64,000 bases of DNA, taken from IMG/VR virus record IMGVR_UViG_3300028601_000020; one strand, given 5' to 3'. Below are positions 32,069 to 40,533 of this stretch, piece after piece. The notes below the pieces were generated by a model. It searched no databases and was not told where the DNA came from. It saw only the letters and a list, made by a program, of their open reading frames with translations. Within the stretch, counting starts at the first letter, position 1. Each line of letters starts with the position of its first letter. The position numbers were made by a program, and so were the translations under genes. Origin of the DNA: a virus (Duplodnaviria; Caudoviricetes).

Positions 32069-32332
32069 TTATTTTTTCGTCAATTCAATAATTTTGTCGG
32101 CGATTTCTTTCATGGAACCAGTCATTGCGTCAATTGAATGAACCTCTTCTCCTTTGAACTTGACACATAAAGTGTCTTTATGATTCCAAATATGATGATA
32201 TTCAATTGAAAAATTAGGATATTTTGGGCTCTTCCAAATTTCAGTGAAATAATCATTAGGAAATTCAACATTCACGGAATTTTTTTCATAATCAGTGAAA
32301 GATTCAAAAATGCTCTGGTCATTATTAGACAT
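32069..32332 (-). CDS. hypothetical protein
   Basis: GGAG RBS, coupled to the upstream ORF. Confidence 0.65.
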   Translation of the reverse strand: MSNNDQSIFESFTDYEKNSVNVEFPNDYFTEIWKSPKYPNFSIEYHHIWNHKDTLCVKFKGEEVHSIDAMTGSMKEIADKIIELTKK

Positions 32333-32561
32333 GTTTCTCTCCCAAAAGTTTAATCTTACAAAGAATCTTGTCTATTATATTACTTTCAAAAATTTTTCTG
32401 TCAACGAAAAAGAAGATACATCCACCAATAAAATTTGCGATAACGGTTTGCCAAAATCCATCTCCAAGTGAATAGATGACGAACCATAACAGCGGAGTAG
32501 AAAGTTGCCAACGGAACAAATAAATCAAAAACCTTGGTGAGAGTTTAGCCGACTTTAACAA
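32325..32561 (-). CDS. small membrane protein
   Basis: AAGGAG RBS; hydrophobic 'YLFRWQLSTPLL...IANFIGGCIFFFVDRKIF'. Confidence 0.7.
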   Translation of the reverse strand: MLKSAKLSPRFLIYLFRWQLSTPLLWFVIYSLGDGFWQTVIANFIGGCIFFFVDRKIFESNIIDKILCKIKLLGEKHV

Positions 32562-32749
32562 TGTTAGAATCTCCTTAAAATGATAGGCAAGCCTAAAACG
32601 CGGAACATTTTAATTTATTGGTGCTGAAAACGTCTTAAATTCGTCTGTAATGAAATATTGCTTCAATGCATAGTCTGACATGAGTGAATGGTTAAATCTT
32701 GCTTAGAATCAATCCTGCTTATTCCTAGATGATATAATTATATATTCCT

Positions 32750-33111
32750 CATAAACTCCGTTCAATATCCTATAAACCTCTTCAATGAAGTATAAAATAA
32801 AGACCAATCGGAGCGCAGCGGAGATTGTGTCTTATTCGGCGACAGCCGAATTATAATACAACCCGTTGAACGAGATTTATGCTTTTCTGCAATGAAGTCT
32901 TCAATGAAGATCAACTAGGAAAAGTTGATATAGGTATCCAAATTAATTTTTAAATGGTTTGTATAAAGTTAATCAAAATTTTTCATCCTTATTAGCTCTA
33001 TACAAACCATTCAACGATTTAGTGTTTCAACCTGTTCATATATCGTCAAGATAAATTCGGCTACGCCTCATTGATACATTCAAGCTCCGCTCCGCTACGC
33101 TTGAAGTATCA
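32750..33111. repeat. dyad-symmetric hairpin array (candidate replication origin)
   Basis: Hairpin 32800-32833 (loop GGAGCGCAGCGGA) is mirrored by hairpin 33072-33111 (loop TCCGCTCCGCTAC); AGCCGAATT/AATTCGGCT mirror; central 13-bp stem 32953-65/32999-33011; TCTTCAATGAAG occurs twice. Confidence 0.6.
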
Positions 33112-33208
33112 TATTCAATAATTTATATGGTTTTGATTATTTGGAATTTTTTATTTGAAGATTAAAACTTGAAAACTACTTGATAGGATCAAAAGACACA
33201 GGTTACCC

Positions 33209-34020
33209 CTGTCAAGAATTTTAAGGTGACAAAAGAGGCTTATTTTATAAAACAACGATATTATTAAGACATAAAATTCTCACAAAATTGTATCAGATAA
33301 ACAACAGCAAAATAATTTTCAAAAAATGTTGTTTTTTAAAATAAACCTCCCCATCGTCTTAAAATTCCCGACAGAGCATTTTGGTTAATTTTTTTGTATA
33401 AGCGGAATTCTCTCAGCCACGGACATTTTGAGATTTTTTCTTTGTCTCAAATATGGAGAGTTTTTATTTTGATTTTCTATACTATTAGAAAATCCCCCTA
33501 AAACTCTCGGCTTACCTATTGTCGTCTGTCGGTCAGGGTCATCTTTCCAGACCCACCAAAAACCAACTCTTGTTAAGAGCTAGACCGATCATCAGACACG
33601 CGCCGGGGAGGTCTACTGAACCTGCTTAATCAAAAGTCTGCAATCCTCAAACTGCAACCCTTTGATTTCATGCTCAACGCGCCCTTGCTTATACTGTCTT
33701 TTCCCTTTTCCGGTTTTATGACAATTAATGTCTATAGGTAAAACCGTCGCGTTGGTTAAAAAGGTGCCAACTAAGCGATAGGTGCCATGAAGCGATACAA
33801 AAAGAGCATTATACCTTATTGGCTCTTCATGTTTCTTCAGCGGGCATGAAACTGATCAATGAAATCAAGCAACACGGATAAATGTTGTAGTACCTTGAAA
33901 GCATTGAGGTTTCTTTACTTTATACATAACTAAGTTGAATTTTACTCTGTCCGGGTTCCTAAGTGAGTCTTGAATATAAAAACATTTCTTCGCCGGTCAT
34001 TTTTCAAGATTCACAAATAT
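33209..34020 (-). ncRNA. candidate large structured non-coding RNA (~0.8 kb), family unassigned
   Basis: No ORF of 60 aa or more; many nested helices, with G-U pairs in the core favouring the minus strand; sigma70-like promoter at 34057-34029. Confidence 0.55.
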
Positions 34021-34028
34021 TATTTTAT

Positions 34029-34057
34029 ACATTAAAGCATTGGCAAACTTTTGTCAA
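34029..34057 (-). promoter_or_regulatory. sigma70-like promoter pointing into the non-coding tract
   Basis: TTGACA-17 nt-TAATGT on the minus strand. Confidence 0.55.
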
Positions 34058-34397
34058 CACTTTTATTTAGTATTTCTGGATTTTGTAAATAAGATTTTTG
34101 GCATTCAATGCATAAACATACTTCAGTTGAAACCAGTTTTCTTTTCACTTTTTCTGTGAATGTCAATGATCTACCGTGAAATTCTGCTCCGCACTTTTCA
34201 CAAATCAAGTCAGATTTTGGGATTTTGGAGTATTCTTCCCTTTTTAACCTCGTTAAATCTTCTATACGATTTGGTTTTCTTGGCTTTCCGGATTTAAGTG
34301 GTTTGGTTTTATCTTTGCAGTTGCTACAAAGATACATCAAAGTATAATTTCTTTTGCTTACGCCTGTGCCGGGACCATAAACAAAGGGGGGTTCCAA
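34032..34397 (-). CDS. Cys-rich putative zinc-finger protein
   Basis: CSNC, CEKC and CIEC motifs; basic; start codon uncertain. Confidence 0.55.
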   Translation of the reverse strand: MEPPFVYGPGTGVSKRNYTLMYLCSNCKDKTKPLKSGKPRKPNRIEDLTRLKREEYSKIPKSDLICEKCGAEFHGRSLTFTEKVKRKLVSTEVCLCIECQKSYLQNPEILNKSVDKSLPML

Positions 34398-34432
34398 AAA
34401 ACATCAAACTACAATGTTCACACCTATAAGTT

Positions 34433-34651
34433 TTAGGGGTTCTCCCTTTTTTCATTGATTTTCTCCTTGTATTCTGCAACATTTATAATTTCATCTGGCT
34501 GCTCCCAATCAATATTTAGTTCACGGTAATCGGCTACTTTTTTTGTGGGTTTCCAGATTTTGACTGTTGCAGAAGGAGCCACTGCTTTATTGTCATAAAA
34601 AGCAAGATACGGAAGAGATTCGGACAGGGAAGAGTTATCAATAATGTTCAT
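34433..34651 (-). CDS. hypothetical protein
   Basis: GGAG RBS upstream, 72 aa. Confidence 0.6.
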   Translation of the reverse strand: MNIIDNSSLSESLPYLAFYDNKAVAPSATVKIWKPTKKVADYRELNIDWEQPDEIINVAEYKEKINEKRENP

Positions 34652-34726
34652 TTCATAATCTCCAAAGTATTGTTTAATGTATGGAAGAACTATACCCTTT
34701 TTATGGTCTGAACTGTAACAATTAAT

Positions 34727-35422
34727 TTAATTTTTATTCCTATTTTTTAATGTTATAGCCAATCCAAACAATCCAACACCAAACAAAAACATAGTGGATG
34801 GTTCAGGAACAGGATTATGTGGCTTATCAGGAATATCACACGAGACGCAACATGTTTTGCATTCAGTATAATTTTCTTCAAAATATCGTATTCCTTCATT
34901 TACAGTTGACATATCAGTTTTTATTAGGTACGGTTTTAATACCGTCTCCCAATAACCATTATTAAATGAAGGTGGATTTCTATGATTTGATGGTTTACTC
35001 TGTTTGTTCGGTTTACTTACAATATCGTTTGGATCGCCGCATCGTAACCAAGATTTTCCAAATCCATACAATTTTGAACTGATCCTTGTGTAGTCTGTTT
35101 TTTCTCCAAGTTCAATTGATTGTGCGATTATATCCCATTCCTTATAATCCATGCAATCATATTTTATTTCCTTTGGATGTTTGGATGGATTAGGATGATT
35201 AGAAGGTGGTAGGACCGGTTTATATGGTTTCCAGACGTATTCAGGATGATATCCTGTTGTCACTATCGTTTGTGTTGAAACCTCATAAAACGCTTCCGTA
35301 TTGGTCTTTGTGTATGAACTGCATTCGTTAGAGCAACAATCAATGGACAATGCTCCAGCAGTCTCCACAGTTCCAAGAATAATTCCTAAAGATATTAGTG
35401 CAACTGAGAGACGTTTATACAT
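34727..35422 (-). CDS. PEP-CTERM sorting-domain protein (231 aa)
   Basis: AGGAG RBS before ATG 35422; signal peptide MYKRLSVALISLGIILGTVETAGA; C-terminal NPVPEPSTMFLFGVGLFGLAITLKNRNKN (PEP + TM + basic tail). Confidence 0.88.
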   Translation of the reverse strand: MYKRLSVALISLGIILGTVETAGALSIDCCSNECSSYTKTNTEAFYEVSTQTIVTTGYHPEYVWKPYKPVLPPSNHPNPSKHPKEIKYDCMDYKEWDIIAQSIELGEKTDYTRISSKLYGFGKSWLRCGDPNDIVSKPNKQSKPSNHRNPPSFNNGYWETVLKPYLIKTDMSTVNEGIRYFEENYTECKTCCVSCDIPDKPHNPVPEPSTMFLFGVGLFGLAITLKNRNKN

Positions 35423-35435
35423 GTTTATTCTCCTT

Positions 35436-36212
35436 TTAGCGGCTGATTTTGATACGGGCAACGATGTTGTTTTTCTTGCCCTTGTATTCGGAATGTTCTT
35501 TGATCGTGAAAGTGAAAGACGCTTTTTCGCCTTTCGTTCCCTTCGGAGCGGAACCCTTGTAAACAAACGTGTTTCCTTCATCATCGTTGTAAATTGCGAT
35601 GTAAAAGGGGCCGAAATTTCCTTCGTAAACATTCACGACTTTCAATGTCAATTCGCGGGTTACCCGTTCACCTACCTTACCGAAATAATCAACGGCGGCT
35701 TTCTTTTCTTCGGTGTTGATCCATTTCTGGGTAGTGGCGAACGCCTTGATCAAAGCAGATTCCTGCTTTTCAGACATTTCCTGCTTACCAATCACTGTTT
35801 CAAGAACAGAAGCAACGAACGAGTTCCGCGAGGCGTAGTGTTTCGCGGCTTCAATGATTTCGCCGTATTCAGAGAAGAAAGTTTCTTCTTTTTCGGCAAT
35901 TGCGGCCGCTTTCTTCGCTTCTTTCTTTGCTTTTGCTTCGTTCAGTTTGTTGAGTTTTTCTTCAGTGTAAACAGAAACTTTCTTCGGGCTTGTCGGGTCA
36001 GCGAAACCGCGCCCCGGAAGAATTCGAGTTTTACCACCGCAGCGATAACAAGTGTAACCGGTGTGATTCCAAACATGGTTACCGCCTTCGCCTCCGCAGC
36101 GAGTGCAAGCAAAATGCTCAAGGACAGTACCGGTTACGGACGTTTCTTTTTTAAGGGAGATTTTGGTATCTGCGGAAACTGGGGCACCGTTGCGATAGAA
36201 AAACTGAGTCAT
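35436..36212 (-). CDS. zinc-finger + OB-fold-like phage protein
   Basis: 'CTRCGG...CYRCGG' and C-terminal 'G.VGER....L.V...G.FG...DDEGN..VYKG...FTIKEH.EYKG' OB-like module; GAGG RBS. Confidence 0.7.
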   Translation of the reverse strand: MTQFFYRNGAPVSADTKISLKKETSVTGTVLEHFACTRCGGEGGNHVWNHTGYTCYRCGGKTRILPGRGFADPTSPKKVSVYTEEKLNKLNEAKAKKEAKKAAAIAEKEETFFSEYGEIIEAAKHYASRNSFVASVLETVIGKQEMSEKQESALIKAFATTQKWINTEEKKAAVDYFGKVGERVTRELTLKVVNVYEGNFGPFYIAIYNDDEGNTFVYKGSAPKGTKGEKASFTFTIKEHSEYKGKKNNIVARIKISR

Positions 36213-36262
36213 TTTGTAACCTCATGATTTGTGTTGTTCTCATTCACTCAACTTTCAAAAAT

Positions 36263-36291
36263 AGATTAAACTATTCTGTGTTCATCGTCAA
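36263..36291 (-). promoter_or_regulatory. sigma70-like early promoter for the minus-strand island
   Basis: TTGACG-17 nt-TAATCT followed by ATTTTTGAAAGTTGAG, matching the 62738 promoter. Confidence 0.55.
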
Positions 36292-36325
36292 CAAAAAAGA
36301 TCATTTATCTCGAAAATAATTTTTG

Positions 36326-36333
36326 TATAAATA
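36326..36333 (+). promoter_or_regulatory. T4-type late promoter
   Basis: TATAAATA upstream of gp16. Confidence 0.8.
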
Positions 36334-36376
36334 ATAGTGAGATATAAACGATTTACCAGAATTATGAGGGAATAAT

Positions 36377-36748
36377 ATGGAAAAAGATATCACTCTTTAT
36401 GAACAGACAACGGAAATTTCAAATTCTGAATCAGAAATGATCCAAGATTTAGAAGAAGCAAGAGAAACGTATAAAAATTTGATTGAACAGGGGAAAAACG
36501 GACTTCAATTATCTTATGACTTGATAACTGCCACGGAACATCCAAGGGCGATTGAAGTTTTTGCGAATTTAATTAATTCTGTTGCGAATATTAATGGAAA
36601 ACTTGTTGATCTTCAGTCAACCAAAAATGAAATCATAAAAAAGAAAGTTGAAAAACAAGAAAGTGTTGGTGGAAATAATGTAACAAATAATTTATTTGTG
36701 GGTTCTCCTGCGGAACTCCAGGAAATGATTGCTTCAATGAGGATTTAA
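36377..36748 (+). CDS. gp16: terminase small subunit gp16
   Basis: 'EHPRAIEVFANL', 'NNVTNNLFVGSPAELQ'. Confidence 0.92.
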   Translation: MEKDITLYEQTTEISNSESEMIQDLEEARETYKNLIEQGKNGLQLSYDLITATEHPRAIEVFANLINSVANINGKLVDLQSTKNEIIKKKVEKQESVGGNNVTNNLFVGSPAELQEMIASMRI

Positions 36749-36749
36749 A

Positions 36750-38378
36750 ATGGAGTTTGACGAGAAAGGATACCGTGGTAATACTAACATTCGCCCTAAA
36801 GGGCTGAAACAAGAGTGGACCAAAGAACAAGTATTTGAATTTGTAAAGTGTTCAAAGGATCCTGTATATTTCATTAAGAAATATGTAAAGATTGTCCATG
36901 TTGATAAAGGCATCATTCCTTTTGAACTATGGGATTTCCAAGAAGAATTCGTTGACATTCTTCATAACAATAGAAGAGTTATAGGGCTTTGGGCTCGCCA
37001 GCAAGGAAAGTCAACATCAATTGCTGCATATATGCTGCATTTTGTTCTTTTTAACTCTAATAAATTTTGTGCAATACTCGCAAACAAAGCCGATTCAGCA
37101 AGAGAAATTTTAGGAAGAATTCAACTTGCGTATGAATTGCTTCCTTTTTGGCTTAAACAAGGAGTTATTGACTGGAACAAAGGCTCATTTTCATTAGAAA
37201 ATGGATCAAAAATTATCGCAGCGGCTACAAGTTCAAGCGCCATTCGTGGCCGTTCAATTTCTATGTTACTATTGGATGAATTTGCATTCGTTCCCAAAAA
37301 CATGGCAGATGAATTTTTTCGTTCTGTTTATCCTACAATTTCTTCGGGTAAAGAGTCAAAGATTGCGATTATTAGCACTCCTTATGGAATGAATCATTAT
37401 TATAAATTGTGGAATGAAGCAGTGACAAACAAAAACGATTATGTTGCTCATCATGCTGATTGGACTTGTGTTCCTGATAGAGATGAAGCATGGAAAATTG
37501 AAACAATACGGAATATTGGTGAAGAAGCGTTTAATCAAGAATTCGCTTGTGAATTCCATGGAAGCGCGGGAACGCTTATATCTGCAAACAAACTTAAATC
37601 AATGACATATCGTGATCCTATTTTCCAAGATAGTGATGGGTTGAAAATTTATTACACTCCAGAAAAGGATCATTCTTATATAATGACAGTTGATGTTTCA
37701 GAAGGAACTGGATTAGATTATCATGCAATAAATGTTATTGATATTACCGACTATCCTTATCAACAGGTAGCGGTTTTCAGAAATCAATTTCTTGATACTG
37801 TTTTGCTTCCCGATGCAATACTTTCTCTTGGAGAAAAATATAATGACGCTTTCGTAATGATTGAAATCAATTCAATTGGTCAGACTGTTGCGGAAATATT
37901 GTTTACTGATCTTGAATATGAACATTTGATGTTTACAACAATGTCAGGAAGAAAAGGACAAGTTCTTGGTGGAGGTTTTTCTGGCAAGACACAATATGGT
38001 CTTAAAATGACGAAACAATCAAAAAGAATTGGCTGTTCATTATTGAAAACTCTTATTGAAAACGACCAGCTTATTATAAATGATTATGATACTTATTCTG
38101 AATTGACAACTTTTGTTAGAAACAAAGGAAGTTATGAAGCGGAAGTTGGATGTAACGATGATTCTGTTATGTCTCTTGTTTCTTTTGCTTGGATAACTGG
38201 ACAACAGTATTTTAAAGAAGATATGGAGCAAGACCTAAGACAAAATATTAACAGAAAAGTAGTTGATCATTTGGAAGAAATGCTGGTACCATTCGGAGTG
38301 ATTGATGATGGAACTGAGTATATGTCTAATGAAGATTTAATTAGAAAATCAATGGAAATCAATTATGATGATTTTTAA
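36750..38378 (+). CDS. gp17: terminase large subunit gp17
   Basis: 'ARQQGKST' Walker A, 'LLLDEFAF' Walker B, 'STPYG', 'VDVSEG', 'DDSVMS'. Confidence 0.97.
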   Translation: MEFDEKGYRGNTNIRPKGLKQEWTKEQVFEFVKCSKDPVYFIKKYVKIVHVDKGIIPFELWDFQEEFVDILHNNRRVIGLWARQQGKSTSIAAYMLHFVLFNSNKFCAILANKADSAREILGRIQLAYELLPFWLKQGVIDWNKGSFSLENGSKIIAAATSSSAIRGRSISMLLLDEFAFVPKNMADEFFRSVYPTISSGKESKIAIISTPYGMNHYYKLWNEAVTNKNDYVAHHADWTCVPDRDEAWKIETIRNIGEEAFNQEFACEFHGSAGTLISANKLKSMTYRDPIFQDSDGLKIYYTPEKDHSYIMTVDVSEGTGLDYHAINVIDITDYPYQQVAVFRNQFLDTVLLPDAILSLGEKYNDAFVMIEINSIGQTVAEILFTDLEYEHLMFTTMSGRKGQVLGGGFSGKTQYGLKMTKQSKRIGCSLLKTLIENDQLIINDYDTYSELTTFVRNKGSYEAEVGCNDDSVMSLVSFAWITGQQYFKEDMEQDLRQNINRKVVDHLEEMLVPFGVIDDGTEYMSNEDLIRKSMEINYDDF

Positions 38379-38400
38379 AAATTCTCTGTTTTCTCTATAG

Positions 38401-38408
38401 TATAAATA
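38401..38408 (+). promoter_or_regulatory. T4-type late promoter
   Basis: TATAAATA upstream of gp18; leader hairpin ATAATGCAA/TTGCATTAT at 38432-38456. Confidence 0.8.
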
Positions 38409-38500
38409 AATATACAATAAACTTTGCTGGAATAATGCAATCTGAATTTGCATTATGCTGAATTTAAGATTACCACAAACAAAGAATAAGAGGTACAAAT

Positions 38501-40426
38501 ATGTCAATGGCAACACAACTTTCTCCGGGTATCGTCGCCCGAGAATGGGATTTGACCCAAATCGTTCCACAAATTGCTACTGCTGGCGCGGCTTATGTTG
38601 GTGCATTTCAGTGGGGACCGGTAAACAAAGTCAAACTTGTTTCTTCTGAAGAGAACCTTGTAAATATTTTTGGTACTCCAGACTCGGACACTTTTCTTCA
38701 CTGGTTCTCTGCAAAAAACTTTCTTGATTATTCTCGAAATTTGAAGCTGGTTCGTGTGGTTGAAGCAACTGCATTGAATGCGACTTCAAACGGAACCGGC
38801 GTCCAGATTATTAATGAAGCAGAATGGATTGATCAGCACTCGGCAGGAACAAACACTGTCGGTGAATTTGCTGGTCGTTATCCGGGTGAGATGGGCAATT
38901 CAATTAAAATTGAGATGGCTGACGGCAAGTCATTCGGTGCTGTTACTTCTGTGACGCTTACTAATGTTGGTTCTGGATATACAACTGTTGATGATGGTGC
39001 AACTGTAACCTTTTCTGCTCCCGGTGGAACCGGTGTAACTGCAATAGGAACCCTTACTGTTGTGGCTGATGTTGTAACTGGAATTGAAATTACAGAAAAT
39101 GGTTCTGGTTATCGGGTCGCCCCGACTGTAACAATTCCGCCCCCTTCTGGTGGTGGCACTGCTGCAACAGCAAAAGCAAATCTTTGGGCTTATCGTAATC
39201 AGTTCTTGACTAATCCGGGAACTTCTGACGAAGCCGCTTCAATGGGTGGCGCGAATGATGAAATGCATATTGTTGTCCTTGATGCAGATGGAAAAATTAC
39301 TGGTGAGGCCGGTAATGTTCTTGAACGTTTCTCGTTTGTTTCTAAGGCAAGTGATATCAAGTATTCTGATGGAACAACTGCATATTATGTCAGTGTTCTC
39401 CGTGACCGTTCAAAATATGTTTTTTGGATGGACCATCTTGAATCAGATTGGGGACAGACTGCATCTAATATCACTTTTACACAAATGGATACTCCGCATT
39501 CAGTAACTCTTTCTGGAGGAACTGATGGTAATGATGTAACAAATGATGAACTTATGCCTGGTTGGGATATGTTCAAAAATGTTGAAACAATTGATATCGG
39601 TATCCTCATTTCTGGTGCTGCTGACAATGTTCTGAAAGAATATCTTATCCAGAATATTGCAGAACACAGAAAGGACTGTGTTGCTTGTATTTCTCCTAAT
39701 CTGGATGATGTTGTTCATAACAACACAAATGAAGTTTCAGACGTTCTTGCTCTGAGAAACGTTCTTACTTCATCTTCATATGGTTTCTTTGATTGTAACT
39801 GGAAATACATGTTTGACCGTTACAATAACACCTTCAGGTGGATTCCTTGTAACCCTGACACTGCTGGTCTTATTGCATACACTGATGAAATTCGGGATGC
39901 ATGGTGGTCTCCTGCTGGTTACAATCGTGGCCATCTTAAAAACGTTGTTAAACTTGCATGGAATCCTGATAAGACTGATCGTGATGAACTGTATCAGAAT
40001 GGCGTGAATCCGATTGTTACTGTTGCTGGTGAAGGAACGATTCTTTTAGGCGACAAGACAATGTTGACCAAACCCTCTGCTTTTGATCGTATCAATGTCC
40101 GTAGACTGTTTATTACTCTTCGGAAGGCGATCACGAAAGCAAGCCGTTATGCACTCTTTGAATTCAATGATGCATTCACCCGTCTTCGCTTTATTCAGAT
40201 TGTTGAACCGTATCTCCGTGATGTTGAGGGCAGACGTGGTATTATTGGTTCCAGGGTGGTGTGTGATGAAACAAATAACACTGGTTATGTAATTGACAGT
40301 AATGGATTTGTCGGTGATATTTACGTGAAACCGGCAAGGTCAATCAATTGGATAACTCTTAACTTTGTCGCAACTCCGACAGGAATTGACTTTGACGAAA
40401 TTATTGGAACATTTGGTGATTTCTAA
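38501..40426 (+). CDS. gp18: tail sheath protein gp18
   Basis: 'LSPGIVAREWD', 'FQWGP', 'WWSPAGYNRG', 'SAFDRINVRRLF', 'KPARSINWITLNFVA'. Confidence 0.97.
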   Translation: MSMATQLSPGIVAREWDLTQIVPQIATAGAAYVGAFQWGPVNKVKLVSSEENLVNIFGTPDSDTFLHWFSAKNFLDYSRNLKLVRVVEATALNATSNGTGVQIINEAEWIDQHSAGTNTVGEFAGRYPGEMGNSIKIEMADGKSFGAVTSVTLTNVGSGYTTVDDGATVTFSAPGGTGVTAIGTLTVVADVVTGIEITENGSGYRVAPTVTIPPPSGGGTAATAKANLWAYRNQFLTNPGTSDEAASMGGANDEMHIVVLDADGKITGEAGNVLERFSFVSKASDIKYSDGTTAYYVSVLRDRSKYVFWMDHLESDWGQTASNITFTQMDTPHSVTLSGGTDGNDVTNDELMPGWDMFKNVETIDIGILISGAADNVLKEYLIQNIAEHRKDCVACISPNLDDVVHNNTNEVSDVLALRNVLTSSSYGFFDCNWKYMFDRYNNTFRWIPCNPDTAGLIAYTDEIRDAWWSPAGYNRGHLKNVVKLAWNPDKTDRDELYQNGVNPIVTVAGEGTILLGDKTMLTKPSAFDRINVRRLFITLRKAITKASRYALFEFNDAFTRLRFIQIVEPYLRDVEGRRGIIGSRVVCDETNNTGYVIDSNGFVGDIYVKPARSINWITLNFVATPTGIDFDEIIGTFGDF

Positions 40427-40452
40427 TTGAAATAAACGATAAATAATGATAT

Positions 40453-40529
40453 AAGAGGGATAGGCTGATCACCGAAAAGAAGAATAGTCCATCTTCCTTC
40501 CCTCTTTATTTTTTGGACTTTCTAAGGAC
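40453..40529 (+). promoter_or_regulatory. structured 5' leader (stem plus possible pseudoknot) of endonuclease gene
   Basis: AAGAGGGA.AGG pairs with CCT.TCCCTCTT; loop AGTCCA is complementary to downstream TGGACT. Confidence 0.45.
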
Positions 40530-40533
40530 ATGA

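Noticed and set aside
32562-34031. Group I/II intron, RNase P RNA, tmRNA, tRNA cluster or CRISPR array as the identity of the non-coding tract
   Set aside because: It does not interrupt a gene; I found no convincing P7 or domain V, GAGGAAAGUCC, cloverleaf/T-loop or regularly spaced direct repeats
35423-35632. Upstream extension of the PEP-CTERM ORF in the ORF track
   Set aside because: Overlaps the upstream gene; the AGGAG RBS and signal peptide indicate a start at 35422
35301-36227. 308-aa plus-strand ORF
   Set aside because: Antisense shadow of the RBS-led Zn-finger/OB gene and the PEP-CTERM gene; Phe-rich mirror of Lys/Glu codons
40465-40477. Hammerhead ribozyme core (CUGAUCA...GAAA)
   Set aside because: Core is CUGAUCA, not CUGAnGA, and there is no stem II; kept only as a generic structured leader
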